DNA of 62,885 bases, filler included, from Octopus bimaculoides (taxonomy: Eukaryota), in the NCBI RefSeq assembly GCF_001194135.2. It is 3 parts of 3 records of this genome, joined end to end, with 100 filler letters (N's around TTAATTAATTAA, not from the genome) between each part and the next. Parts side by side here need not be neighbours in the genome. Positions count along the whole stretch, not along the records: positions 1 to 29,263 come from NC_068982.1; positions 29,364 to 41,593 come from NC_068983.1; 1 more part is not named here. One strand, 5' to 3'. The notes below the pieces were generated by a model. It did no database searches. It saw only the letters and a program-made list of their open reading frames with translations, and was not told the DNA's origin. A program made the position numbers and the translations under genes. Below, in pieces: positions 25,191-38,456 of the stretch (position 1 is the first letter of the stretch; each line of letters begins with the position of its first letter).

Positions 25191-26279
25191 ACTTTATTTA
25201 GAAGTGACTTGTGCAAAAGGAAACCAATGTTTTGCAGATGTGGTTGTTAAGGAAGTTGAAGCTGGTTGTTTTTGTTTTTGAGGAAACTGTCAAGCTTTTC
25301 TTGTAAAGTCTGTGTCAGTCGTGTTGAATCACGGTTCTGAGTTGGAAAAGAAAATATGTGGTTGATTCTGTTTTTACGATTTTGTTACGGTAGGCACTGA
25401 GCTTTTATAAAATTTTCCAGTTTTAAGGTCTGTTGAATCAGCTTTGTTGGCCTTGAGGAAGGAAAAATAATTGAGAATGCAATAATTCTTTTAGACTCCA
25501 GTTGTTTTAGTAGAATGTTAGTTATCTCGTCTGTTCTTGTGATATTTGTGTTTTTTATTGTATGCATCGAGCTTGATAGCAGGAAATATTCAGGTATAAT
25601 ATCTAATATAATGGGCTACAGCTTATTTTGTGGCGTCTGTTGGATTATAAATGCTTGCCATTTATGCATTTCTCTGGTTTATTTTTTATTCCATTTTTTG
25701 CTTAATTACTTGAGGCTGAGTTTTATTTTGTCATCAACATTTGTTTTTATCGCATCAGTTGTTTCAGTGAAGTCATTTTGATTGTTTTCTGTTACTGTGT
25801 TGGATACGTTTTAAAAAGCTTCTATAATTATTTTACTAAATTACTGTCACATACTCCTCCCATTCTCAAATACGGTGCTTTATATTGAAATTCCTCCATC
25901 AGTTTTCAGTTCTTAGATCTTGAAGACCTTCCCCGTTGGCCCTGTTGCATTACGTTCTCTACCTTTCTCTTCAAACGTGCTCTACTCTAATGAAACACAA
26001 CCTTGAACAGATAATCTTTCAGTTGGGGCATGACAACCGGGTGTCTTTCAATACCACTCACAGGACCGCTATACAGATAACAAAACAAAAATTGTCTACC
26101 CATGTGAAAAAGACGGACTCAACACATAAATTCAAAAGTCTTTCACAGCCCATAATTCACAAAAGGCAGCTAAAACTTCAAAATTGCCAAAAATATTAGA
26201 CCTGGCAAGCCCAAATCGTTCATGATGGTCTTACAATCATAACGTTACCAAAGCATCATAACTAAGAAGAGAAAATTTA

Positions 26280-27537
26280 TCAGGCTGAGTCAAAAGTTTT
26301 GTTCAGATTTTCACTGATGATTTTTGGTAACTTGTATCTCCATGTTATATCATTAATTTGATTCAATGTGTTGTCCAATTGTTGCTGAATTATTTATCTT
26401 TTATTTTCGTATATAACATATAAGCATTATTCTTTATTTTACAACTTTGATAATAATGAGTGGTGAATAAATTGCAAATAGATCCATTTTATGCTAACAG
26501 TGGAAAAAATAAAAAAAGGACTGAGTACTAGGGCGGCGGCAAAAGAAATTAACGATGTGGAAGGCACAGGAACTATCAAAGAAAATGTGGCACGAAACTG
26601 GTTCGGTTCAGACGTTTCAGGGAAGGTAACACCAGCCTCGAAGACAGCCCGAAGTCAGGGAGTCTTCGGTTGTGGAAGATGAGGCCTTACTTAAATGGTT
26701 GAACAACAGCCAAGCACAAGCACTTGAACATTGTCGGCAGAACGTGGTCCTCCACAAAGCACCATTAATCGACACCTCCATCAGCTCGGCCTTGTGAACA
26801 GAGGTTGTCGAGAAGCTCCTCATGAACTGACTAATGACCAGGCTCAACGACGAGTGAACATTTGCAAACAACTGCAGGCAAATCCACGAGAACTGTAAAT
26901 GCGGATGAAAAATAGATCTATTCTTGTGATCTTAATAATAGATATCGGTATCTTCCTTCTGACCAGCCGTCAGAGCCTCTTGTCAAAGACGGTTTGAACG
27001 GAGTGTCATGTTAAGTGTTTGCCGGAGTTTCGAGGTGGTGTTGCATTTTGAGCTTGTCCTAGAACGCCGTGTTGTGAACGCTAACAACTGCAGCGATTAT
27101 ATGATGCTTTGAAAGACCGCTACTCGCCACTGGCCAGTCGAAGACGCACAATTTTACAGCATGACAATGCTTCAGCACAGACTGCCAATGTGACCAAACG
27201 TAAACTGGAGGAACTTGAAGAGCTGAAAGTGTTGCCTCACCCTGCCTACAGTCCAAACCTTGCACCGTCAGATTACAACTTTTTTCCGAGCCATGGCTTA
27301 TTACCTGCATGGACGGAGATTCAGCAATGTGGCTGAGGTTGTAAACGGGTGCAGGGATTTTTTGCATCTAAACCAGCTAAATGATATAAGTGTTGAATTG
27401 AGCTACTGGCACAACGATGGCAACAGACAGTAGAATATAATGGTATATATTTTGATGGGTACATGCTTTTTGTATATAATTTGTTTGAACTATTAATTAA
27501 AGCTTGGAATACTTGATAAACTTTTGGCTCAACCTGA
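26280..27537 (+). mobile_element. mariner DNA transposon 1, full length (~1.26 kb), transposase disrupted
   Basis: TIRs TCAGGCTGAGTCAAAAGTTT and AAACTTTTGGCTCAACCTGA with TA on both sides. HTH region (RAAAKEINDVEG...VARNWF), ADEK*IY, HDNA and YSPNLAPSDY. Confidence 0.9.
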
Positions 27538-27750
27538 TATCCGAAACAAAGCCACTTGCAGAGTGGCAAAGATCCACACTCCGACACGTAGTGTTTTCTC
27601 TATTCCGATTTTATTTTACTAAAAAGGCTTCTTTTCTTAACAAGCTTGCAATACGCCCTCGCGCCACATTTGTCCTTTCTCCTCGTGTCACTTCTACTGT
27701 ATCTCAGCTGCCAAATCTCGGACTACTCTACTCTCATTTCGCGCGTTAGA

Positions 27751-28164
27751 TACTCTTTTACTCTTTTACTCTTTTATTTGTTTGTCATTTGACAGCGGCC
27801 ATTCTGGAGCACCGCCTTTAGTCGAGCAAATCGACCTCAGGACTTATTCTTTGTAAGCCTAGTACTTACTCTATCGGTCTCTTTTTGCCGAACCGCTAAG
27901 TTACGGGGACGTAAACATACCAGCATCGGTTGTCAAGCGATGTTGGGGGGACAAATAGAGACACACAAACACACATACATATATACATATATACATATAC
28001 ACGACGGGCTTCTTTCAGTTTCCGTCTACCAAATCCACTCACAGGGCTTTGGTCGGCTCGAGGCTATAATAGAAGACACTTGCTCAATGTGCCGCGCAGT
28101 GGGACTGAACCCGGAACCATGTGGATCGTAAGCATGCTACTTACCACACAGCCACTCCTACGCC
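27751..28164 (-). mobile_element. SINE family B, full length
   Basis: Reverse complement of the 22513-22906 copy along its length. Confidence 0.9.
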
Positions 28165-28705
28165 TATGGATATTTGTCTTCTTTTGATTTTTTCTCTTCT
28201 AAAGAAACCGATCTAAAGAAATTCAGACTGAACATGAACCACATCAATACTACCAGTCGGTGAGATCATGCAAAATTCATGGTCACTATCTCATACTTTT
28301 CTAACTATTTTATAAAATGTATACATGCACGTATATGCACATACATACACATATACAAGCATATGCACTCAGGCGCGCGCGCACACAAAAACGCATAGAG
28401 GCATACGCTTAAACATGGCTTTAATGGAAATGAAACATTTACGTATAATTTGGTGGATTATGTTGCGAACGCCGAATCCTCTCGCACGATAATGACGATA
28501 TTTTAGATACAAAGCCATACATTTTATGAATAAGAATAATGACCTATTCCAGATTCATGTGAGTCTAGCTGCTAATTTTATATTTTATGCATGGTTTCTC
28601 AACATCTTTCTGCATGCGTGCGAATGTGTGTGCACATGTATGAACGTGTGTGTCTGCGTGCGCTTTTCAACGTAATTTTCAGTAGGACTATGCATATGTG
28701 CACAC

Positions 28706-28756
<51 letters not shown>

Positions 28757-29216
28757 TACATACATATAACATATTATAGTGCATTGTTTTCATAATATAT
28801 AATATATTTATACGTTACCTTATATTCACACACTCAATTACATACACTCACTCTCTCACGCGCTCGCTCTCTCACACATACATACACACATAGATGTGGT
28901 TTGTATGCATCCGCATGTGGTTTCGTAAGTATCGTCTATAAGTAGTGTTTGCACATATTCTAAATAAAAGTCGAGAAGTAACCGTTAATTATTGTAAAAG
29001 GCATTACCGTTTATGCAATATCATGGCATGAGACGTTTCTTGCAGTTATCAAAGTACTGAACGACTCAAAAGGCCATCGATCCAAAATTGCTGCCGACGT
29101 TTAATTAAATCGAGTGCTGTATATTTCGCTGTTAACACTGACTTTCATACAAGTATTAAATTAAGGTGAAAATAATATAAAATTTACACACCTCCAAACA
29201 TTTGTGTGTTTATGTA

Positions 29217-29263
<47 letters not shown>

Positions 29264-29600
29264 NNNNNNNNNNNNNNNNNNNNNNNNNNNNNNNNNNNNN
29301 NNNNNNNTTAATTAATTAANNNNNNNNNNNNNNNNNNNNNNNNNNNNNNNNNNNNNNNNNNNNTCTAGTTACTGATTCATTGCCTATGTATATATGCAGG
29401 TATATATATGTCTGTCTGTCTGTATGTTTGTATGTATGTATGTATATATGTAAGTATGTATGTATGTATGTATGTATGTATGTATGCGTGTATGTATGTA
29501 TGCATGTATGTATATGTATATACGTATGTATTTAAATAGGTATGTATATGCATGTATTTGCACACCTCACAAGCACGTATATCTACTTATATACTCACGC

Positions 29601-29640
<40 letters not shown>

Positions 29641-29904
29641 ATATACATATATATATATANNNNNNNNNNNNNNNNNNNNNNNNNNNNNNNNNNNNNNNNN
29701 NNNNNNNNNNNNNNNNNNNNNNNNNNNNNNNNNNNNNNNNNNNNNNNNNNNNNNNNNNNNNNNNNNNNNNNNNNNNNNNNNNNNNNNNNNNNNNNNNNNN
29801 NNNNNNNNNNNNNNNNNNNNNNNNNNNNNNNNNNNNNNNNNNNNNNNNNNNNNNNNNNNNNNNNNNNNNNNNNNNNNNNNNNNNNNNNNNNNNNNNNNNN
29901 NNNN

Positions 29905-29948
<44 letters not shown>

Positions 29949-30084
29949 GTATATATATATGCTGAGATGGTAAGTTAATTTCTTTGCTCCTAGCCCGATT
30001 TCTGTCATGCTTGTCACATTTCCACTGATTGGTGGGGTTTTTTTTAGAGGAGTTTGCGACACTGATTTTCACACCAATGCTGGC

Positions 30085-30400
30085 ACCTCGTTTTCATCGG
30101 CGTTGGTTTGTCCGTCTGTCCGTCTGTGTGCAAAATAACTCAAAAATTTGTGAACGGTATTTGATGACACTTGCAGGAAAATTTGGTCATGACAAAAGGA
30201 AAAGATGATGAAATTTTGGTAGTTATCCGGGAATTTTTTTTGATTCTTGAAGGATTTTTCATTTGTTATATTTACTTTACATGAAGTATTACAATGTTAC
30301 GTTCTTTGATTATCTCCCTTGAAAACACGTTCATCGTTTTAACGTAACCTATGGTGGCGTTGCTGTTTCCAAAGTTTATTTTCGTTTCTCTATTAGTAAT
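30085..30400 (+). mobile_element. Helentron-associated (HINE/DINE-1-like) non-autonomous element, degenerate
   Basis: Short GTCY run (GTCCGTCTGTCCGTCTGT) followed by AAATAACTCAAAAATTTGTGAACGG...GATGAAATTTTGG, a layout known from DINE-1/HINE-like repeats. Termini not resolved. Confidence 0.45.
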
Positions 30401-30527
30401 TTTACTCGCGTATCTATCTCAAAACTCAAGATTTAGGTAATTGTTGTTTATTTTTAGTTGTATGGTAAAACTAGCTTGCTGTTGTCATCGATGTATTATA
30501 ACTGCTTCAGATGATTCCTGTTTTTTA

Positions 30528-30907
30528 GTGGGGTGTCGCAATGGCCCAGTGGTTAGAGCAGCGGACTCGCTGTCGTAGAATCGCAGTTTCGATTCTCAGA
30601 CAGGGCGTTGTGAGTGTTTATTGAGTGAAAATGCCTATAACCCCACGTGGCTCCGGCAGTGAGTGGCGGCGAACCCTGATAAACTCTTTCATCACAATTT
30701 TCACTTTTTCTTCCTGTTTCTGATGTACCTGCATGTCAAAGGACCAGCCTTGTCACACTCTGTGTCACGCTGAATCTCACCGAGAACTACGTTGAGGGTA
30801 CACGTGTCTGTGGAGTGCTCAGCCACTTGCACGTTAATTTCACGAGCAGGCTGTTCCGTTGATCGAATCAACTGGAACCCTCATCGTCGTAACCGACAGA
30901 GTGCCAC
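30528..30907 (+). mobile_element. SINE family C, more diverged
   Basis: GCAATGGCCCAGTGGTTAGAGCAGCGGACTCG...GGAACCCTCATCGTCGTAACCGACAGAGTGCC. Confidence 0.85.
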
Positions 30908-31378
30908 GATTCATTTAGTTTTATATATATATATATATCGCTCTACCTATCTACAAACACACACACACACACACACACACATAACACACATGCATACATA
31001 TATGCATTATAGTATTATATGACTGTATGTAAATATACCTATAGCTCTGATGTGTCGACAATATTAAAGAATCTCACGCATACCCACACACATAGATATG
31101 TGTGCGTGTGTTGCATATGTGCGAGTGTGTATGTGTGTGTACGTATGTATGTATGTATGGATAGATGAATGGATGGATAGATAGATGTAAGGCTGTATAC
31201 ATAAAGATAAATAGATAGGGGGAGAGATAGTTATGCAAATTAAGGTAATCTATGATGTTGTTTTCTAGATGTAGGTAATTAAATTAGAAATGAAATGTAG
31301 ATAGGATAATATCGAGCATTTCACACTCTTTGTTGGTACTTACACACTTCTGGAAGCCATAGTAAGTTTTCCTCTTGT

Positions 31379-31591
31379 TTATGTTTTAATTAACGGAATA
31401 CGATTCATCCATTCATTCGATTTAAATCCAAATTTAAAAATAATGTTGGATTTCTTGCTTTGTTTTTCATTAAAGTATACTCTTTTCCTTAATCTTCTGA
31501 TAAATTTGTCAATCATTCGCGTTATGTTCAGATAATTCCGTTTTGACGAAATAGGTACGTTCTTTTCTGTCGAGATTATTAGCTGTTTCAA
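31379..31591 (-). pseudogene. Penelope-like element, N-terminal (pre-RT) fragment
   Basis: KNVPISSKRNYL...DKFIRRLRKRVYF...FGFKS resembles the KNIPIPS...FIxRMRW.A.F...FGFKS motif of invertebrate PLEs (recognition only). Confidence 0.5.
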
Positions 31592-32775
31592 TATTGTAGT
31601 ATAAAGATGGTAAAAGACTTCACAAAAATGAGATTATTTTAGATTTTTGTTTAAATGTACAATAGAATTCACGAATAATATAGAAATGTCCATGATATTG
31701 TAACAGAGTCACTGATAATGTTTAAAAATAATAATATAACTAAATACAGTAATAACATAGCTATATCTTTACCGGGGATTTTCGTTGAGTATTTCATGAA
31801 ACGTTCGTCTCGCGTTCTGTCACATTCAGATCCGCCTTCGGAGGCCACCGGATATTGTAATTCGAAAGACAGTGTGTATTTTCCCAGGATTCATCCGGTG
31901 TAGCCTTCTCTATGGGTGCGAATCCTGACCGGTGAGAGCTAAAGATATCTGAAAACTCGAAGTCTTCGACTACTACTGCCTGCAAAGGATTTTGCATGTT
32001 TACCCACTGAATTTCATTTCGAACCCCGAAATGTTGCAATGCTACTGCATCAATTCTCTGAGACAGTCTCTACTCATAAGGTGACTAAGGTGATTTGGCC
32101 ATATTCTCCGTCAGCCTCCGGGTGAATTCATTCGCCGGGCCGTCGCTCCGGCTCTCCTCCCAGCCTGGCATAAACGAGCCGGGGGCGTGGGGCGTGGATG
32201 GTGACAGTGAAGACGGATCTGGAAGAACAATCGCCCAACTGCATCTATGGTCTTCGTCAGTGGAACCGGAGTAGGTATCCATTACAGCCTCTACTGCGGA
32301 CGACTGTCGGATGTGATCAGTATTCGCGGACGACGTAGTGAACTCGGTGGTCGAAGCCGGCTCAGCCCACCCCGGTTGGAATACCACCGCAGGTACAAGT
32401 AGAAAGTTACAAATTGCTTCCACTTATAACAACACAGACGTCAAATATAATTAGTCCCGGCTGCTTCGGATTCCATGCTGGTTCGGTGTGCTATTTTCTG
32501 CAGAAGATTGCTCTGAAATCCAAACAACTGAAGAAAACCACCAAGGAAATAGGCATGGCAGCTGAAGCCAGCTGAGACCGCGTTCTCGATGCCACATTTA
32601 GGCGATGCGTACAAGTTCAGGAGCGAAACTCTTGAAGCCCAGAAATACCTGCTGATAATAGGGTAGTATTTCCGGCATTACGGCAAATTCAGAAGAAGAG
32701 CTTACTATACCTCTAAGTACCTCCTGCAGTTACTTGGGGGAACAAATTATCTCCGATACTTATTTCGCCAACATA

Positions 32776-32940
32776 TAGGCGCAGGCATGGCTGTGTGGTT
32801 AGAAGCTTGCTTCCCAATCGCATGGTTCCGGGTTCAGTCCCACTGCATGGCACCTTGTGTAAGTGTCTTCTGCTATAGCCTGGGGCAGACCACAGCCTTG
32901 TGAGTGGATTTGCTAGATGGAAACTGAAAGAAGCCCATCG

Positions 32941-32998
<58 letters not shown>

Positions 32999-33058
32999 AA
33001 TGTGTGTGTATTTATTTATGTGTTTGTGTTTGTCCCACCACCATTGCTTGACATCAGA
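32776..33058 (+). mobile_element. SINE family B, 5' half plus microsatellite, 3'-truncated
   Basis: ATAGGCGCAGGCATGGCTGTGTGGTTAGAAGC...GGAAACTGAAAGAAGCCCATCGTATATA. Confidence 0.8.
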
Positions 33059-33544
33059 ACGGATGAACCTAGTGTAGGTTCAACGACTATTTAGCAATAA
33101 TACAGGCCCTCGGAAATTCTGGGCTGGTGTTCGGCAGGCTAGAAGACCGCAAGGAGTGAGGACTTAGCTTTTGTTAAAGCATGTTTTGGGATCCAGCTTC
33201 AAACCGAAGCTGTCTGCTGTGATTATTGGCGGTGACTTCGTCAGTGAATCTTCTGTGACGGTCGATAATCGACAGCAAGATGAGTTGCTACAGATCACAC
33301 TGACCCAAAGTGTGTATACAACTGACTGCGGACCATATGGGAACTTGTATTCTCACTGAAATTCCAAAAATGAACTCATGTCGGAACTGGCTAAATCCAT
33401 TCCGGGTCACCGTAAGTACAAAATACAAGTATCACAACCGTTTGGAACTTATATTTTACGTGGCACTTGTCACTGGCTATAAAACCCTCATAGCTATTGC
33501 ACTTTTCACATCGAGTTACATTCATTTAAAAATATTTAAAACAA

Positions 33545-33965
33545 CAGGTAGGCGTGGTTGTGTGCATAAGTAGTTCGCTTTGCAACCATGTAGGTTTAGG
33601 ATCAATTCCCCTTTGTGGAATTTTGGGCAAATATCTTCTATTATAACTTAAGGCCAGCCAATTTTTTGTGAGTGAATTTTGTAGGCGGAAACTGTGTGGA
33701 AGCCTCTCGTGTATATGTGAATGTGAGTGTGTGCGTGTTAATGTATATTTCTATATTTGTGTTCGTCCTCCAGTATCGCTTGACGATCGGTGTTGGTTTG
33801 TTTACGTCTCTACAACATAGCGGTTCAGCAAATGAAAAGTGATAGAATGACTAGCAAGCTACAAAAGAAATGTATTGGAGTCGATTTGCTTGACTAAACC
33901 CTTCAAGACGGTGCTCCAGAATGGCCAATGTCGAATGATTGAAAGACGAAGAAGATATATAAATT
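33545..33965 (+). mobile_element. SINE family B, old degenerate full-length copy
   Basis: Both halves recognisable (GGCGGAAACTGTGTGGAAGCC...; TAGCGGTTCAGCAAA...GGTGCTCCAGAATGGCC). Confidence 0.65.
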
Positions 33966-34039
33966 ATAATAAAACACGCCCACACGTATATGCATTCACA
34001 TTCATACATACATACATACATACATTCCCTACGCACGTA

Positions 34040-34399
34040 TTAGTGCGTGTGTGCATGTGTGTGTCTGTGTGCGTGTGTGCATGTGTGTGTCTGTGTGTGT
34101 GTGTGACTGTGTTTTTGTGTGTGCGTGAGTCTATTTGTGTGCGTATATCGGAGTGTGTGTGTGTGCGTTTTTGTGTGTATATGTTTGTGTATCTGCATGT
34201 GCCTGTGTGTGCATGTATGTGTTTATGTGTGTGTGTGCGTGTGTATTTGTGTGTGTGTGTGTGTGTGCATGTGTGTGTATGTGTATGTGTCTGTTTGTAT
34301 TTGTGCGTGCGTGTGTGTGCGTGTGTGTGTGTGCGTGTCTATTTGCGTATGTGTCTGTGTGCATCTGTGTATTTGTGTGTGTGTGCGTGTCTGCGTGTA

Positions 34400-34452
<53 letters not shown>
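34040..34452. repeat. Long degenerate (TG)n tract
   Basis: Direct reading. Confidence 0.9.
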
Positions 34453-34453
<1 letters not shown>

Positions 34454-34679
34454 ATTTCCAACATTCGTCTTCTCACCCTGAATCTTTCATATTAGTAGTA
34501 AAGGAAATTCTTTATTACTACCCTTGACAGAGCTTCTCTAGCATTAAAGATAAAAATTGGTGATTCCAATTGATATCTGAATCTTGCTTTCAATTCTGAA
34601 CGAAACCGGACAATTATCACTTAACACACAATCCGACATTGTGTGTTAAGTGAAAGAATGATTCAAATAGAAAGAAGTA

Positions 34680-35530
34680 TGGAAGGAAAGGTAGAAAAAG
34701 TCGCAAAGAGAGAGAGAAAGGGGGAGAGAAGGAGAAAGGAGGAGGGAGATTGAGGGCAAAATTGAAAGAAAATGTAAGAAAGGTAAAATGAACAGAGGAC
34801 TTAAAGAGAGAGAGAGAGATGGAGAAAAGAGAGAGGGAAGAAGAGAGAGAGAGGGGAGAAAGGAAGAAAGCTAGACAGGTACAAAGACGGGAGAGAGAAA
34901 GAGAGAGAGGTTTATAAAAGGACAGCGTCGAAGATAGAATGAGTTGGAAAGGTAAGAGAGATAGAGAGAGAGGGAAAGAGGGGGAGANNNNNNNNNNNNN
35001 NNNNNNNNNNNNNNNNNNNNNNNNNNNNNNNNNNNNNNNNNNNNNNNNNNNNNNNNNNNNNNNNNNNNNNNNNNNNNNNNNNNNNNNNNNNNNNNNNNNN
35101 NNNNNNNNNNNNNNNNNNNNNNNNNNNNNNNNNNNNNNNNNNNNNNNNNNNNNNNNNNNNNNNNNNNNNNNNNNNNNNNNNNNNNNNNNNNNNNNNNNNN
35201 NNNNNNNNNNNNNNNNNNNNNNNNNNNNNNNNNNNNNNNNNNNNNNNNNNNNNNNNNNNNNNNNNNNNNNNNNNNNNNNNNNNNNNNNNNNNNNNNNNNN
35301 NNNNNNNNNNNNNNNNNNNNNNNNNNNNNNNNNNNNNNNNNNNNNNNNNNNNNNNNNNNNNNNNNNNNNNNNNNNNNNNNNNNNNNNNNNNNNNNNNNNN
35401 NNNNNNNNNNNNNNNNNNNNNNNNNNNNNNNNNNNNNAGGAGAGAGAGAGGAGAGAGATGACAGAGAGAGAGAAAGGAAGTGAGAGAGAGAAGAAGAGAG
35501 GAAGAGCGTAGAGTAGAGTTAGAGAGAAGG
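34680..35530. repeat. Polypurine (GA-rich) low-complexity tract spanning a gap
   Basis: Direct reading. Confidence 0.85.
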
Positions 35531-35555
35531 AAGAGAATGTGTTTGAGTAATAAAT

Positions 35556-35599
<44 letters not shown>

Positions 35600-36311
35600 T
35601 TGAATGACCAAGCGAGAGACATAGTGAGTGAATGAAAACGAAAGAGCTAGATAGAGAGAGAGAGAGTAACTAGGTAAGACAAAGTGAGTGAGAGTGAGTG
35701 AATGAGTGAGTGACAGAAGAAGTGAGAAAGAGAGAGCGAATAAGAGTTCTGTATTTGAAAATGAATTAATGGAAATACATTTTGATAATGGCATAAAAAC
35801 ATTTCTCTTGTTAACAACCCAGTTTCTTATAAGCCACTCACTTCTAGTTGGTTCGGACGCCGTTCGTAAGAGTTTGACGCAGGCTTAATGGCTGAATCTC
35901 GATAATACCAAGTAAGGCAAGATGGCGTAATTAATGACAAAGCAGATAAAAGTCTACTTGCAACGTTCCCTAACGCCTTTTCGGTCAGTCATTGACATTA
36001 GAATATAATGACTTACATTGAAGTCGTCGGATGTTGAATGATGCATAATGCGATCTTAGTCTGAAAACTGGTCGAAAATAAACTGTTTTGAAAAGGAAGT
36101 CTATAGCACTCTAGCTAACCATTTCACTATTCCACTGTGTGATTATTGCATTTAAGCACTCACATACATCATTTACACGTAAACGTTACATACACACACA
36201 CACATACACACACATATACGGACACACATTTATATTTATATAAATACACATACATTCAAACGCACAAATGCACATACATATATAGCTATTTATGTATATC
36301 TAAGTGCGTGA

Positions 36312-36362
<51 letters not shown>

Positions 36363-37085
36363 AGTGTTGTGTGTGCGTATGTGTATATGTATGTATATGT
36401 ATATATATGTATNNNNNNNNNNNNNNNNNNNNNNNNNNNNNNNNNNNNNNNNNNNNNNNNNNNNNNNNNNNNNNNNNNNNNNNNNNNNNNNNNNNNNNNN
36501 NNNNNNNNNNNNNNNNNNNNNNNNNNNNNNNNNNNNNNNNNNNNNNNNNNNNNNNNNNNNNNNNNNNNNNNNNNNNNNNNNNNNNNNNNNNNNNNNNNNN
36601 NNNNNNNNNNNNNNNNNNNNNNNNNNNNNNNNNNNNNNNNNNNNNNNNNNNNNNNNNNNNNNNNNNNNNNNNNNNNNNNNNNNNNNNNNNNNNNNNNNNN
36701 NNNNNNNNNNNNNNNNNNNNNNNNNNNNNNNNNNNNNNNNNNNNNNNNNNNNNNNNNNNNNNNNNNNNNNNNNNNNNNNNNNNNNNNNNNNNNNNNNNNN
36801 NNNNNNNNNNNNNNNNNNNNNNNNNNNNNNNNNNNNNNNNNNNNNNNNNNNNNNNNNNNNNNNNNNNNNNNNNNNNNNNNNNNNNNNNNNNNNNNNNNNN
36901 NNNNNNNNNNNNNNNNNNNNNNNNNNNNNNNNNNNNNNNNNNNNNNNNNNNNNNNNNNNNNNNNNNNNNNNNNNNNNNNNNNNNNNNNNNNNNNNNNNNN
37001 NNNNNNNNNNNNNNNNNNNNNNNNNNNNNNNNNNNNNNNNNNNNNNNNNNNNNNNNNNNNNNNNNNNNNNNNNNNNNNNNNNNNN

Positions 37086-37129
<44 letters not shown>

Positions 37130-37580
37130 GACAGACCAAATGAATCTTTGTAGTACAATAATAGCTCATATACGCTAGAGATTTAAACACTGAGAGTGCT
37201 CAACATCTTACTAGTTAGTCGGTATTATGAATTCATTTGTAAAAGTACGATGAAATTTGAACAATGGATCTGAAATGTTACTTCCATTGACCAGTCCCAT
37301 GAATTGTAAATTATGTCCCGATCAGAAATTTCTCTTTTTCGATATAGATTTCCATCCAACTATATCAATCTTCTTCCGTTTTGTCACTGTTCTCTAGTGA
37401 TGGACAGATATTTTCTCTTCTTTGACATCATTAATTCCTCTGAATTGCCATGATGTACAGTGCCAAATGATACCTCCACATACATACATTGGGAGACTGG
37501 CATGTGAACTAAAACCAAAGGCGAAGTTAACCGACCAAATATGAGCGCCAGATAATGATAACTAGAATGACTGAGATATA

Positions 37581-38456
37581 TGCAATCTGATCAATAAGTT
37601 TTCGGACTGTTGCTATAACGAAGCTAAAACACGCAGAGTAAAGCCACTTGACAAAGATTGACGTTGAACTCTGATGTGCATGTGCACTAAGTTTTAACGT
37701 TCTATCTCACTTCCGCTGTTCACAGCAGAGCTTGGAAGGAAGGTGTGTAGCGTGTGATCGTCGCATTGATCATGACAATGTTGAGTAGAAAATCTGCATC
37801 AAATTTTGCCAAAATCTTGGCGATAACTGCTCAGAGGCTTACGCAAAGTTTTCAAAAAGTTGGCATCGTTCTCCACACTATCAAAGACACCTGTGCAACT
37901 AAAACCCAAGTGTCTTTTTGGTCAGCTGAAAGCAGTTTAGGCACAAACTTCGCAGACATGCGTCTCATACCCAAATCTTCAGTGATAATGGGCTGAACTG
38001 AACCATAACTAATCTGCACATCCTCTGATAAGTCACGATGGTGATTCGACGATTTCCTCTCACAGCTGCACGCACGTCTGCAATGTTTTTCTCAGTTCTA
38101 CTGGTTGCAGGTCTCCGACAAGGTTCGTCATTATCGACACTTTTTCGGCCATCTTGGAAACGTCTGAACCACTCGTACACCAGTGTGCCGCTTATACACT
38201 CCTTTCCATACACTTTCCATAACCTTGCGTTGGCCTCTGAGCAGGTATCAGCATGACAACTTTCTCTGTCTTGGTCAAGGCGACGATACACCTTCCTTCC
38301 AAGCACTGCTGTAAACAGCGGAAATGAGCTAAAACATTAAAACTTGGTGCGCATGCATAGAAGTGTTCAATGTCCATCTTTGCCAAGCGGCTTTACTCTG
38401 AGTGCTTTAGCTTCGTTACTATGGCAATAGTGCGCATACTTATCGATCAGACCACG
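37581..38456 (-). mobile_element. mariner DNA transposon 2, internally deleted (~0.88 kb; catalytic core missing)
   Basis: ~40-bp imperfect TIRs (TGCAATCTGATCAATAAG... and ...CTTATCGATCAGACCACG) with TA flanks. HTH LWKVYGKECISGTLVYEWFRRFQDGR and the MSAKFVPKLL linker are present; no HDNA or YSPD motif found. Confidence 0.85.

Noticed and set aside
25200-25830. Possible second Penelope-like remnant on the minus strand (DFTRK-like)
   Set aside because: The motifs are too degraded to support by eye.
29308-29319. Isolated TTAATTAATTAA between N runs, identical at 41638-41649
   Set aside because: A palindromic 12-mer with stops in all six frames, placed the same way inside two gaps: most likely an assembly spacer, not biology.
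33060-33440. GC-richer block between two SINE B copies
   Set aside because: Probably a TE remnant, but no diagnostic motif in any frame.
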